64,000 nt of DNA from Eukaryota sp. TZLM1-RC (GCA_040285825.1 JAUPSS010000010.1:866881-930880), one strand, 5' to 3'. Counted from the first letter of the stretch, positions 24,581 to 37,063 are shown. Notes: generated by a model from the letters alone, not told the origin. Numbers and translations are program-made.

Positions 24581-25691
24581 TTAGTCAACCTTGATTCTCT
24601 GCAGGTATCCTGGTCTATCTCCACCTTTTACATGTGCTTCCCACACTGCCAACATATTCAGCGAATCATTTCGATTGCTATTCCACAAACCTTTCGCATG
24701 ATTTACACATGGTAAGCCCGTGACGAATAGACATCTCATGCCTCTTCCATGGCCTAGGATTTCTGCACCACCGGAATGTTTCAACTGTCTTCCGAGCTTT
24801 CTTACAGTTGAATCAACAGCAACTGGTTCAAAACTCTTCAATCAAAAAGATCTTATAACCAGCCTTTTTAAATAGAATTCTCAACTCTTTTCCTTTGGTA
24901 GTTTCTTTGAATTTCATGTGTTTTTGTTGTTCCCAGTCTCTGATTCCGACAAGTACTTGAGCTGAATCACCAATTTCTGATTTGAATCTCAGAATCATCT
25001 TCGCCTCAGATGTTTTGCGATTAATCTCAGCCCACCATCTTGTTTCCTAAATGTTTTTGATGATAGACTTCACCAACAATACTATTCACAAAATTGTTCT
25101 GTTTAATATACTCCATAAGTCTATCAAACCTGTAGCTTTTGGAATTGAATTGGGATAAAGCTGCATGCCATTCTTCTACAGATTTAGTTTTTTTGTTTAT
25201 TGTTACTCAAATTTAATGAGTAATCAATTTCGTGGGGGAATATTGATATCTTGAGGTACTTCACCTCTTAATAAACTACTTGTTCTTTCAGTCATTTGAT
25301 TGATTATAATGCTGCTTAAATCCATTCTTTGTTGTTGCTCTTCAGATGGTTCATAATTGATTCCTTTTTGATAAAACTTTTGGAACAAGTATTTCTTTTA
25401 AGTGTTGGCGATAGAATTCCAGCAATGGCGCACAACGAGAATTTTGCAAAGCTGTTTTTGTCTTTGCGTTTAGGGAACTTTGCTCCTCACTTTGAGACGT
25501 GACCACATGAAAAGCGGCACAAAAAGATTACGTTTTAATTTTTTGAACAACATCATTAGGGTTTTAGTCACAAAGATGCAAATAATAACTACAACTGAAT
25601 ATTGAACCAACAATAGAAATTGTTGACACCAAATTACTACCTCAGCGATCACGTCAAGCATTTTCGGATCTCTGATTACATTTCTTAGACT
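24581..25691 (-). pseudogene. Fanzor1 (TnpB-like RNA-guided nuclease), internally deleted and frameshifted
   Basis: Reconstructed C-terminus: FRKQRWWAEINRKTSEAKMI...GIRDWEQQKHMKFKETTKGKELRILFKKAGYKIFLIEEF*TSCC*FNC...FRWCRNPRPWK...HGLTMCKSC..LWNSNRNDSLNM...GGDRPGYLQR. N-terminus: SLRNVIRDP...LLEFYRQHLK. Confidence 0.85.
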
Positions 25692-26520
25692 GTCATCACC
25701 ATCAGAAGATTTATATTTTACGGTTTCGATGAATTGGACATTATTAAATTTCTTTAATAGTTTCATGGTTAAATCGGTATCCCTCAGATAATAAACTGCA
25801 ACTACAGTTCTTCTTTGGGATAAGGAAAAATCCAAGAAGGGATCATGTTCTTAAAGCTTCCAATACTTTGCAATACACTGAGGATCAAGGTCAATTTTAC
25901 TTTCCCTAATATAAATTTAGAAAATGTTTTTAGTTTGTGCTGTAGGTAATAAATTGCGTCAACACTACAAGTATCAGCAACCGATTGACCAGCGATTGAA
26001 AGGTTCAAGTGTTTGTGATTCAATTCTATTAAATTTGAGTTATAGTATTGAACCCATTCACTAGCATGGATTTCACCCTTAAAAAAGTCCTCATTTTCAG
26101 AATATTTCACAATATGTGGGATGTTAAATTTGACAATATTGAAACCAAATATTATATGAAGATTATAAGTTTGTAATAGTTTTTTAAAAGAACTAAGCAA
26201 TTCTTTGTCAGAGGTATGATGATATAAAGTGTTATTGTTATTATCAACTGTGCCATATTGTTCATTTCAGCTTGTTGACTTTTCTACAAGCTCAGAAAAA
26301 CAAAGATTTAATTCAATGTGTTCTCGAGTAAAAATATGAATAACAGCATTCGCAACAATCTTCCTTGTAGATTGAAAGTAAGAGATGGAATGTTCTCTTG
26401 CAGAAAAGACAATTTTTTCATCGTCATCACTGAGCTTTTTACCCAACACCAAAGTTTCAATATCAAAATGTAAAATTCTGAGAGTAAATTGTGTTTTGAC
26501 ATTTGATGGTGTCACAAAAA
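25692..26520 (-). pseudogene. Family-B DNA polymerase-type 3'-5' exonuclease domain (no polymerase domain)
   Basis: ExoI ILHFDIET, ExoII ELLSSF...IIFGFNIVKFNIPHI, KIDLDPQ, ExoIII RRTVVAVYYLRDTDLTMKL. Confidence 0.8.
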
Positions 26521-26729
26521 GGTTTTTATATCGAGTCAGTGGATTCTCATTGAACGGGGTTTCACACGTTTCAAACGTGTGTTCAATAACGTGTGCTCGC
26601 CTTCTTCCGATGGTTTCATGTACAGAGGAGTATATCTTCGTCTCAATCGATTTTCGTTCATTGTCATCACAGCTATGAAAACATCTTTTGTCTTGATTGA
26701 CAAAATGTTTAATATGAGCTGAATCAATT

Positions 26730-27110
26730 GAATTGAGTTGATTTTACAAATACAAATTGATCATTCTTTTTGCAAACAATATGGTGAATATTGCACAATC
26801 GTACAAATTAGATTGAAAAAATTCAGATAAATTCTGTCTGATATTAATTCCAAGTTTTCCAAAAATTGTTGGATTAATTTTTTGATGTTGTTCTCAATTG
26901 TGACGAAGACTATCAAAAAGAAAAACTTTTGCTGTTCTGGATTTTCAACAAGTACCCAATGTTGAATTGCTCGTTAACAGATACAATCAACTTTGATTGA
27001 TGAAATGCATCATAATGGGGTAGAAGAATTATTTGTCTAATGATGTAAAAATGGCAAGAAATGTTTCATTTGTGTAATTTTTGGAATCCCGAATTTTGTT
27101 TAAACTATAA
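26730..27110 (-). pseudogene. Ulp1/SENP-like (clan CE) cysteine protease remnant
   Basis: HWVLV (26947-26961), VFLFDSL and QSNLYDCAIF (QSNLYDC at 26795-26815) in the expected catalytic order H-D-Q-C. Confidence 0.7.
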
Positions 27111-27111
27111 T

Positions 27112-27605
27112 TTCTTGAACAAGAATTCTGTCTAATATTCAATATCCTCCAGACAAGCGTCACTATTACTAAACCTACTCACAGCATTTCGTTCATATTC
27201 TACACCAATAGCTAAAAGAGCTTCAGAAATCATTGTTGGAATTTACTTGAAACTGCAAAAAACAATTCTATTTAACCAGAAAGTGGAATTCATTTTTTTA
27301 CGAAATCTATTCAGTAAAACTGTCTTGACATTTTCAAAAAAAAGCGAAATTTTGAAGGTGCAATTTTGCTTAAAAGAGAAATTGCAAACGGCACAAACTG
27401 ATATTTCACATGTTCGTTTCTACCTAATTGTGTCAAAGGTTCTTCATATTTTTATTTTGTTTTTATTTTTTTTTGACATTAGATAGTGGCGAATTAGCTG
27501 AATACATCAAACGAGCAGCAGTATTTTTGCACACATTTAATAAGACACCATCCACAACGTTGAGAACATCATCGATCTCTCGAGTTACTGAATCTGCCAT
27601 TATTT
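27112..27605 (-). mobile_element. CRE-like family C 3' fragment
   Basis: Reverse complement closely matches about 17960-18455. Confidence 0.8.
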
Positions 27606-29594
27606 TACGAAAGGACTCGTCGATATGATTCAGATAGAGCATCCAATTCTCTGCGTGATTTAAGATAGCTTAAATCAGCAACTTCGGAAAGGTAGCTATA
27701 CTGATGATGAGTTATAGCAGGAAGTACTAACTTCACTAGTGGCGTGGGTAATTGTTCTATGTACAACTCATAATCGACTCTCAAAGACTTGAGACTTGAT
27801 AAATGTGCCAAGTTTAGGGGAAATCCACCAGATTTACATCTACCATCAAGCATAACAACCTCAAGGTTTGGGAAAAATGACAACAGTTGTGGATCATAAG
27901 GAACATTATCATAATAAACATCAAGATTTCTAATTCTAGTATTAAGTACCTCGGGAACATAGTGAAAAGTAGACAATCGCAATTGTAAAAAAACAAATAT
28001 CTTCATTTAAATTTAAATCTTGAGGATCTTTTAAAAACAGCTTATTGTGAATTGGGTGGGCAAGGTACACTTCATTAGCAAATTTGAATACTCTGCTACT
28101 AATTGAACTTTTGGTAAGGAACCTGGCCCTTGTGTAAGGGTGCTGACCAAACAAGTTCTTCAAATGATTCAAATATTCAAAGTAGATTAATTTGATAAGA
28201 CAACTGAACAAGGTACCCACAGGTTGGTTCGGACAATTAAAACTTCCAAAAATGTCGGAACCACAAATTTTGACAGGTTGAGGTCGATCAATCAGATCAC
28301 CTGTACCTAATTGACCTCTATCATTCCTTCCCCGGGCCCAAACAGTGTTTTTGTTGTAAGCAAAAAGGAAGTCATTTCCTACAGAAATGCCTTCTATACT
28401 AGTGAAGACTTCAATACAACCTGGTTCATTACGCAGACGTTCTTCATACCCTTCACTAATTAAACCCAACCTACCCCATACAAAGACCTTGCCATTGGTA
28501 TCAATAGCAGCATTGATACCAATCCCTCCAGAACTACTAAGATAGCCACCAACTGTCACAATTTCATTCAAACCTTCAAGTTTGGTGGGCTCACTGTTCG
28601 AGAATTTCCAAAGATTACCATCATTATCAATAACGAATAGTTGCACTGTAACACCAAGACAAGTTCTTTTTCGCACACTTCTTAAAATCTTTTTGTATGC
28701 TACAATCAATAAAACTGAATCTTTAAACGGTTGTTTTGGAGTTATGTATTGAGTAACTGGTATCTTTGTTACATGATTTCTGTCCCAAAAAATGAAATCA
28801 CCATTACCGTCAACAGCTACAAAAAGATCATGATCAACAGCAAGGTACACAACATCATCCAACCCTTCAAGTAACTCAAATGATTTTCTGTTTCCCCATT
28901 GAACAACTTGACCTTCTTGGGTCAGTGCAAATGAACAGCGTTCACCACCATAAACTTCCTTAACACTATAAGGAATGTTTATAAGGGTGATTGGAAGTGA
29001 AGTAATGCTTGACATATCAATCTGCTTATCATCATTACAACCCCAACCATATAACTCACCTTCAGAAGAGAGGGCAAAGGAATGGAGACTACCAGTTGAA
29101 ATGGAGACGATGTTGTTCAAGGGTAATTTGATTGGTGATTTGATTGCTCTGAGTTCGTTATAAAAAACTTGACCTGAATCATTATAACCCCACCCATACA
29201 CCTCACCAGAATAGGTGAGAAGAAGAGAGTGTCCATAGTTGCTGGAAATGCATTTGACTCCATATTTTGGATCCGACCGATCGGAAAACGAGCAATGTCG
29301 TTCCCTGTACATAACTGAAGGAGGCGAGCTTGAATGAGGAGGAGAGGAAGCATCATGAAGCATGGATGATTCTCCTTCAAAAGGTTCTTGAAGAGGAGAT
29401 GATTCACTGGTTTCCTGGACAGGAGCAGAGGAAACAATGTACGACTGTTGTGTAGAATTGAAATAGAAATGGTTACTGTCTGATTGATTGCAACATGGAG
29501 TGGCAGACATTGAGCATTGGTCATGGCAATCTAAATGGTGATGATACCTACATGAAGTGTCAGAGTTTTGAACATGAGCATCGTTGCGACTCAT
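27605..29594 (-). CDS. RCC1-repeat protein with C-terminal LRRs; frameshift in a T7 run near 27990, 3' end cut by a retro fragment (possibly pseudogene)
   Basis: HSLLLT.SGEVYGWGYN..GQ and GRNDRGQLGTGD RCC1 repeats. LRR-like FPNLEVVML and LSSLKSLRV in the shifted frame 27605-28006. Confidence 0.7.
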
Positions 29595-29689
29595 TGATGA
29601 ATTGTGGTTGAGTAAACTGTGTCTAGCAATGACTTACTGTAAAGTCGATTTCTTTTCTGCATATCTGACCTTATCTATCCTTTTCCTTA

Positions 29690-30300
29690 AGCTAAACATT
29701 CCTTACAGTGTTAAAGAAGTTTAAGGTGGTGAAAGTTGTTCATTGACCCAAGAAGGTGAAGTTGTCCAGTGGGGAGGTGGTAATTCAGTTGAATTAATCA
29801 AAGGGTTGGATACCATTGATCATGTTTATATTTATGACGATTCATTTGTAGCTATTGATCGTGATGGTGATTACTTCTGTAAAATTGGAAACCAGTTCAT
29901 CAGTAAGATACCAGCAACTCAATACATAACTCCAAAACAACCAATAAAAAGTTTTGTTTCATTGATTGTAAGAACCTCCCCATTCACAACTCACTGTTGC
30001 GATGAGTTGTTTATATCAATATTTTATTACATATTAACTGTAATATATTAATCGTTGTTATAATATCACTGAATTTGATAACACATTTCAACTGTTTGTT
30101 ATTGATATTGAAAAAAAAGTTGATATTATACTAATTTTTGCAAGTTCAGTAACAATGAACCCGCCAAAATTGAATAATTATCTAGAAAAGTTTTTATAAA
30201 TGGTATTTCTTCTGCTAGAAGTAATAATAGGTATTGGAAGTTGTAAAGAAACTTTCTGTTTTTTGTTTGAATATAAGTGTACTGCTAGAGGATTGCTGAA
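29690..30300 (+). pseudogene. Inverted partial duplicate of the RCC1 gene
   Basis: NIPYSVKEV*GG..LTQEGEVVQWG...KIPATQYITPKQP matches about 28720-28980 on the opposite strand; contains stops. Confidence 0.75.
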
Positions 30301-30494
30301 CCAATTGGAAAAAATGACGGATATTTCTATTCTTTAATTGTGCTGGAAGGGTTTGTGTTCTGTATTTTATCTTCGTGTTTTTCAGCGCAGTAAGCAGTTT
30401 CCAAATATGGTCTCACATATAGTTACTGAAATTCAAAAGAAACTTTATTGAAAAAAACACTGAATGAGTATAACATTTTGCACCAATGTTGTTG

Positions 30495-31157
30495 TTACAA
30501 TTCAGGCAGCCACTTCAACAAATTGTCTGTGTTCCTTGTAAAGGGATTCAGACGCATATGATGATAGTTGTAACCAGAACCACTGCTTTCTGAGGAATAC
30601 AAATCTACTGCAAAGTACATATTGTGAACTAAGCACTTGTAATTTCTAAATGAGTGCAACTTTCTTGAAGGTGTAAAGTCTACTTCATTTAACTGACCGT
30701 GCTTCAGGGAAAAGTATTTTGTATGAAGCATAGGACCATTGTCTACCTGTGCTTTGACTTCAAAAATAACGTTAGGATGATGACCTCTCCTTCCTAGTAG
30801 ATCGGTGAACGTGGAATCTCGTTCAAAACGTCTTGGGTTCTTCGGTTGCATTCTAGAACAGCATGGAAAAGTACTTGGGTACTTGCTATGGTCAACAGCT
30901 TCAATATTTAATGAACTGGGGGAAATCGTATCATTATAGCAAACCGAGAATCCAGGCATCATCTTCTCCTTGTACGTTGATAGACTGTCGGGCACTGGAT
31001 AGAATTCATGTATCTCATTGGTTTCAAAATCCACGATGACTGAACCGAATAATGCTGTTTTTGACTTTTGAACAGTGAGCGCAAGGCCCTTGTCAGTTTT
31101 CATACCTTTTCGTTCGCAAAAGGAGCGAACGACGTCAACTACTTCAGTCTCAGACAT
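30495..31157 (-). CDS. Hypothetical protein (220 aa)
   Basis: ATG-initiated ORF with coding-like composition; no family recognised. Confidence 0.55.
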   Translation of the reverse strand: MSETEVVDVVRSFCERKGMKTDKGLALTVQKSKTALFGSVIVDFETNEIHEFYPVPDSLSTYKEKMMPGFSVCYNDTISPSSLNIEAVDHSKYPSTFPCCSRMQPKNPRRFERDSTFTDLLGRRGHHPNVIFEVKAQVDNGPMLHTKYFSLKHGQLNEVDFTPSRKLHSFRNYKCLVHNMYFAVDLYSSESSGSGYNYHHMRLNPFTRNTDNLLKWLPEL

Positions 31158-32207
31158 AGTAATTACTCAATAGACGCACTTCTATTTGTCATTTCATTTG
31201 AAATCTGAGAAGACTTTGGACGAATCACTGTAGAATGCATCAGTCACTGTATGTCAATAAGATTAAATTTGATTTCTAAATATGAAATTTAGAGGAAATG
31301 TCAATTTGACCATTTTGGTCATTTTTGCATTTTTTAAGACACACTGCTTTTACACATTCACTGAATCTTACACGGAAACAGCTAAATGTTCATTGGCCGA
31401 TGGAATTATTGCATCTACTCTGGTTTCGACAAAAAGGATTTAAAAACTTTTTTTTTGATTCGATCTAATACTTTGATCGATGAAGCACAATATTATACAT
31501 CAAAAATGATGAAAAGCATGTAGTAATCTTTTGATCAAGTAGACAAATTAAAAGCAATAAAAGTAACTGTGAACGAGAAGTCATTTGCCTTTTACCAAAG
31601 TTTAATATTAATAATATTAATAATTTTAATATACTTTCGACGTGTAATTTGATAAAAGAGAGTTAATTGACACAAATTGTCAGATTCAAGAACAAATGTT
31701 TGTTGTTAGTCCAATAATTCATATTTGTCAATTCAAACAATTCAGTGCTTTCAAATTTGTTGAAGAAAATGAGATGCGCTTATATTGTGTAATTAGGGTT
31801 TTACATTGGTTAAATGGAATAGAATTAATTTGTTTTCAAGACTCATTAGGCCGATTAACAAGAAAAAATAATACACAAATCAATAATGTTGGTGGATGTA
31901 TGGCTTAACAATAATTAATGAGTTATTATAGTAGTAAGGCTTTGTATGTTTAATTATCAATAAATATTAACTGTGACAAACAACAGAAACAAAACAAGTT
32001 GTCTACCTATTTGAGGAACATTGAATTCTGTAAATAGCAATAACTGTATTCAAATTAATCATAATGAAAAAAAAAGATATTAAATTAACAAATTAATTAA
32101 CACTGTCATAAAGGTGTAAATAACAAGCTCCTGATCATGGTCCAATTAAATGATGTAGAACAACATCAACAAACTAAATTAACCCTAACAATTAACTCAA
32201 ACCCTAA

Positions 32208-32879
32208 TCAACGTTTCCTTCCCCTCTTTCTAACAGCTTCCAGCCTCGACATCACCGTCTTTACCATACCCTGATCTCCTTCTCTGTACCCTTCAAGGAA
32301 ATACTCCATCAACAACTCAGCATTAGGATGTGCGGACACAAAGGCCTTCTCCAGGACTCCAAGATCAACTGCCCTTTCTTCACAAGAACTACTGTGTTGG
32401 GCGAGGCCAAAGTCAATGAGGACTATGTTGTCAACATTGAGAGAAGAATTGTGATCAGGAAAGCAGTCCTTGACTAGAGCATTGGAAGTGGTTAGGTCGC
32501 CATGAACCAAACCAGAAAAATGAAGAATGGAAACGATTTTGCCAAACGATTTGCAGCATTTTTGGATAAGTTTCTGTGATTCGGTATCGTTTTGTGTGAG
32601 TAAATGGTTGAGAACAACTCTGAGAGGAGTGCCATCAATGTATTCCATAAAGATTTTGCATTGGACAGTGTCTACAACAAATATAGAGGGAACAAGAATG
32701 CCGAAATCTCGAGCTCTTGTGAGCGCCTTGACTTCTGCAGATGTACGTTTGTCTCGAAGAGTAGTATCCAAGGTAGGATGTCTATAAGATTTGGGAAAGC
32801 GATGTTTCACTACACATTGTCGACCATGGAAGTCGCAGAGATGTACTCGTGCCTCTGCTCCTTGTGCCAAGAGTTTCAT
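32208..32879 (-). CDS. BUD32: KEOPS complex kinase Bud32/TP53RK
   Basis: QGAEA, K.RFPKSYRHP.LD, HGDLTTSN, IDFGL, E.RAVDL.VLEKAF.SAHP, RGRKR. Confidence 0.96.
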   Translation of the reverse strand: MKLLAQGAEARVHLCDFHGRQCVVKHRFPKSYRHPTLDTTLRDKRTSAEVKALTRARDFGILVPSIFVVDTVQCKIFMEYIDGTPLRVVLNHLLTQNDTESQKLIQKCCKSFGKIVSILHFSGLVHGDLTTSNALVKDCFPDHNSSLNVDNIVLIDFGLAQHSSSCEERAVDLGVLEKAFVSAHPNAELLMEYFLEGYREGDQGMVKTVMSRLEAVRKRGRKR

Positions 32880-32936
32880 AGGATTTCGTAAAAGAAATTA
32901 ATTTGAGAAGAGCAAATCTCCCCCCATCTTGACACA

Positions 32937-34242
32937 ATGACGCAACCAGATGTCTTTTCACGCCTCTCCGAACTTCTGGAGGAGGACGTCTCTAACCTTC
33001 CTGCAGAACTATTACTTCAGCGCAAGGAGGCATTCCAATCCGAAATAACAGTCTTTAGAACTATGATCGAACAGCTTAGAGCCGATATAGGTAACATGGA
33101 ATCTGTCATCAGTGAAAATACAGACAAACTCAAGGTCAATCGCTCCTTGCCATTCCTTGTTGGAAATATAGGTGAAATACTTGATCTTGATGTAGAGGAG
33201 GGCGATGAAGAAGGCGATGCCGTCGATATCACCACACAAAAGACCAAAACAGTTATTGTGAAAACCTCAACCAGACAGAACGTATTTCTCCCTCTTCCAG
33301 GTTTTGTGTCTGTGGAGAAACTACGACCTGGAGATCTTGTTGGTCTCAACAAGGATTCCTACCTCGTTCTAGACACACTTCCCCCAGAGTATGATCACAG
33401 GATTAAAGCCATGGAAGTTGATGAAAAACCAACAGAAACTTTTGCTGATATCGGTGGACTTGATAAACAACTCCAGGAACTCATGGAAGCTATTGTATTG
33501 CCTATGGAGCATGCTGATAAATTTGAAACTATTGGAATAACCCCACCCAAGGGAGTACTGCTGTACGGACCTCCCGGAACTGGTTTGTGTTCCCAAGTCA
33601 CGTCATCTTACCTCAGGAAAGACTCTTATGGCTAGAGCATGTGCTTCTCAGGTCAATGCCACGTTTTTGAAGCTTGCTGCTCCTCAACTTGTTCAAATGT
33701 TCATTGGTGATGGTGCCCGTATGATTCGTGATGCTTTTGCGCTGGCCAAGGAGAAGAAACCTGCTATCATTTTTATTGATGAGCTCGACGCTGTTGGACA
33801 GAAGAGAGCTGGTGGCGATAAGGGTGGCGATAAGGAAGTTCAGCGAACAATGCTTGAGCTACTGAACCAACTTGATGGCTTTACATCCAATGAAGATGTT
33901 AAAGTGATTGCTGCCACCAATAGAGTGGATATCCTCGATCCAGCTCTGCTCAGATCTGGTCGTCTTGATCGTAAGGTGGAATTGCCTTTGCCTGATTTGG
34001 AATCTCGAATGACTATCCTTCAAATTCATTCTCGCAAGATGAATGTTTCTGCTAAAGTGTCATTTAAAGAACTTGCCCGGGCTACTGAAGATTTCAATGG
34101 TGCCCAATTGAAAGCTGTTTGTGTAGAAGCTGGAATGTTTGCCCTGAGGAGATCTGCTAGTGAAATTGTACATGAAGATTTTGTGGAAGGAATTACTGCT
34201 GTACAGTCCAAAAAGAAGGCCAAGATCAAGTATTATGCATAA
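32937..34242 (+). CDS. RPT5: 26S proteasome AAA-ATPase Rpt5/PSMC3, 423 aa, 34-nt intron 33583-33616
   Basis: Splicing restores [15 protein letters not shown]. Also [33 protein letters not shown] and the C-terminal HbYX motif YYA. Confidence 0.96.
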
Positions 34243-34746
34243 ATTTTTCTTTTTAGTGGATGATAAAAAAGTTTTAACCATTTGAGTTTTGTTATATTTA
34301 GGTTGTACAATAGTTTTGAATAATTTTCAGAGATAAAATTCGACACGTAACATAATAATCATCAATTTGCTTGACATTTTGCAACTAAATTCTTCCAGAA
34401 ATTGATCCCAAAATTCTATGGTGCTTTGAATGGTTTGCCAGAATGGTCAAACCTCAGCGTTTGTTAGTTGATCTCAATGGAACATCACAATCTTTGTGCA
34501 TTTACAATAATTAATGATAGATTAATGCATTGTCCCTGTAATCGACATCCTTAAATTTGGAAATTGGTATTGTTGGCTTTTATATAACAGGAATTATCCA
34601 GAAACTTCATGCAAAGGTGTTGAAGAGGGTAATTTCGTAAGGATTGTACATTCTGGACAGTTTGAATGAAGTATATGAATTCTGAGTTTGCGAATTGCCA
34701 CAAAAGCTAAATTAAATGCCAAATTTTTGTTTTCCTCCTCAAACCA

Positions 34747-36673
34747 ATGTCTGATGAGGACCGTGATGCAACATCACCTAATTTACCCCGCGATGAATCA
34801 GTTGTCTTTGACAATGATGTTCTTTCTGATGCCTGCTCAGCTGGTTCATCCTGTGACATCCATGATAACGATCTCTTCCGTGCTCTGTACGAAACAACCA
34901 TGATGAAGTACTGCAAGGAGTTTGTTTTCAGTTACTGACTACATTACCCTCCAACAAACAGGAACGAATGCAATGGTTACATCACTTCGATAGAAACTTT
35001 TGCCTGACTGAACATTCCTACTTGTGTATTGACGAACGGTTCTCTCTGAGGATGAACTCTCTTGTAAGCCATTCAATGCCAGAGCTAAATTGCTTTCATT
35101 ACTCAGTACTAACGGGACACTGAAGCCTCGCAGAACACGTCGGAAACAAAAGCAAATCCATCTTCCAAACGTTCTCTTGGTTGTTGTATTTGCTCGTCGT
35201 TTAAATGATGATCTAAACCGTTTGCCTGCTGATCGTTTTGCACATTGGAAGTCTCTTACGTAACACGCTGCTCTCGTGAGCATCCGCTTCATGGTAGCAT
35301 TTCTTGAAGGGCTCTTGGGGAGTAGACAAGTTGCCACATTGGACTTTACTTCCATTGTCAAGAGAATGTTAAGCGTTGGCCTTTTCGCTCATTAAAACTC
35401 GGCAAAATACGAATTACTGCTGTGTAAAGTGTCAGCTACAGCTCGTAATAATGTAATCATAATCTCTATGAACTTGAATTGTGTACACAACGTGTACTCA
35501 ACGCCACTAACGCCGACAGTGCGAATCTTTAAAATAACCAGCGCATACATATTGTTTTTGATGAATACCTTTCCCAGAAGAGATGCTGCTTCCCTGAAGC
35601 ATCACCTGAGGCAGCACCTCCATCACTTTATTCACGGTAATGTTTATTGTTTGTAAACGCTAAAATCATTGCAGCTTAAATCCAGTTCTTACGAAGAGAT
35701 TATTCCAGTTCCTTTTGAGTTCTTTTCATCCTTGCAGAGGTTGGTCGCTGATGGGGAAATGGTTACTGCTCATCGTTATCTCAAGGATCTCAGAGAGTTG
35801 GAAATTCGGATTGACGAAGTGAAGCCCATTATAGATACTTCAGAGTGTAGATTGTTGGAGGTGTTGAAAATCGACCATGACAATCATTGGCTTGTTCAAG
35901 CCGAAATTGGTCTTGTTAACAATGTTATGCTTCGGCAAATGGAGCTTTTACTTACAAATGTTAACTCATTCCCAGAATCTAAGTTTCTCAATATGAAGAT
36001 CTTCCGAACGGAACGACGAATGGGTTCTGACCATGTCCTCGAACTGGTGAAAATGAGGCCTTATTTGGAAGAACTAACAATTGTGGGAACTCGTCATGTA
36101 TTCAATGAATTGCCAATATTAAAGCACTTGAAATCATTGGATTTAGGTTTTATAAAAGACTACAAAAACTTGTCAATTCTCCAACTGTTCCCAAATCTCA
36201 ACTACTTGGTTTTGAGTAGCCAGAACAACCTTGTCATTGAGTCATGCGAGAAATTGTCTGTAGTAGAACTTGAATTGAGGTTACCTTTTAATAAGGCCAA
36301 TTACCAGATGATTCTCAATAACTGTCCGGATCTTATGCATTTACAAACAACCTTTGATGTTTATTGTAAAATGTTCACATCATTGGTTCAAATGTTACAA
36401 CATATTCCAAATTTTTGTGTTAGTTTTTGGGCAGATGCTCTACCCAGAGCAATCAAAAGATTGACATATGCGGCAAATCTTGCATTGAATAATTCCTTTG
36501 AAGCAAAATTGAAATTGTTGTACACTTTACTCGAAATCAATGTAAATGCAATCTTTGAATGGATAGACTTTTTGAAACATGATGAAGAGCTGTCAGGAAA
36601 GGAAAAGAAAGTTGTTGTCGAAGTCGAAAGAATCTTGGGAGTTCAACAATTGCTGGATGAATTACTCCAGTGA
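34747..36673 (+). pseudogene. Disrupted LRR-containing protein
   Basis: 35669-36673 has LRR-like LKHLKSLDL and FPNLNYLVL. Upstream coding-like frames carry TAA stops and frameshifts. Confidence 0.5.
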
Positions 36674-37063
36674 TGAAAATTTTCAAGATTGTTCGAATAT
36701 TTGAAACAATAATAAATTAAAGAATATTTGACAAAAATGTGTTCGCTGTATAAAAATAAATTTTTCTTGATATACATCGTTTCTGAATCAATTTCTTGAC
36801 TTATTGATACGGAGCTGTAATTGTAACAAGTCCCGTTCACTTTTAGTAAAAGGACAAAGAAGAAAACTACATCTAGAACAAAGTTGGAACCGTAATGTCA
36901 TTACTATCCTCACATGTTAATCTTCAATCATCTTGATGTTGATACATACTCACGTTAGCATCTGTGACGACAATGTCAATCACAAACGTCATCATATATT
37001 ATCGCAAAGTAATAGAACAACCATCAGCAAAATAATATGCCAAGGAATAAAACAGTTGTAGAA

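Noticed and set aside
24581-27110. Intact Polinton or giant-virus insertion
   Set aside because: No capsid, packaging ATPase, integrase, polymerase palm domain or terminal inverted repeats are visible; viral ancestry of the domains remains possible.
27980-27995. T7 run as a programmed ribosomal frameshift in the RCC1-LRR gene
   Set aside because: A homopolymer indel (sequencing error or decay) is simpler; the gene is also 3'-truncated by a retro fragment.
32170-32215. Possible intron extending BUD32 to the usual RGRKR-xMxG end
   Set aside because: No donor/acceptor pair matching the consensus gives that ending.
34920-34971. GTTTGT as a possible intron donor
   Set aside because: No YTNAC-NN-YAG acceptor at the expected distance, and splicing does not restore a long frame.
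35250-35400. In-frame TAA/TAG in several frames suggesting stop-codon reassignment
   Set aside because: Conserved genes (RPT5, IFT140, H2B) end at TAA and have no internal stops; in-frame stops occur only in frames that also have frameshifts or lie in mobile elements.
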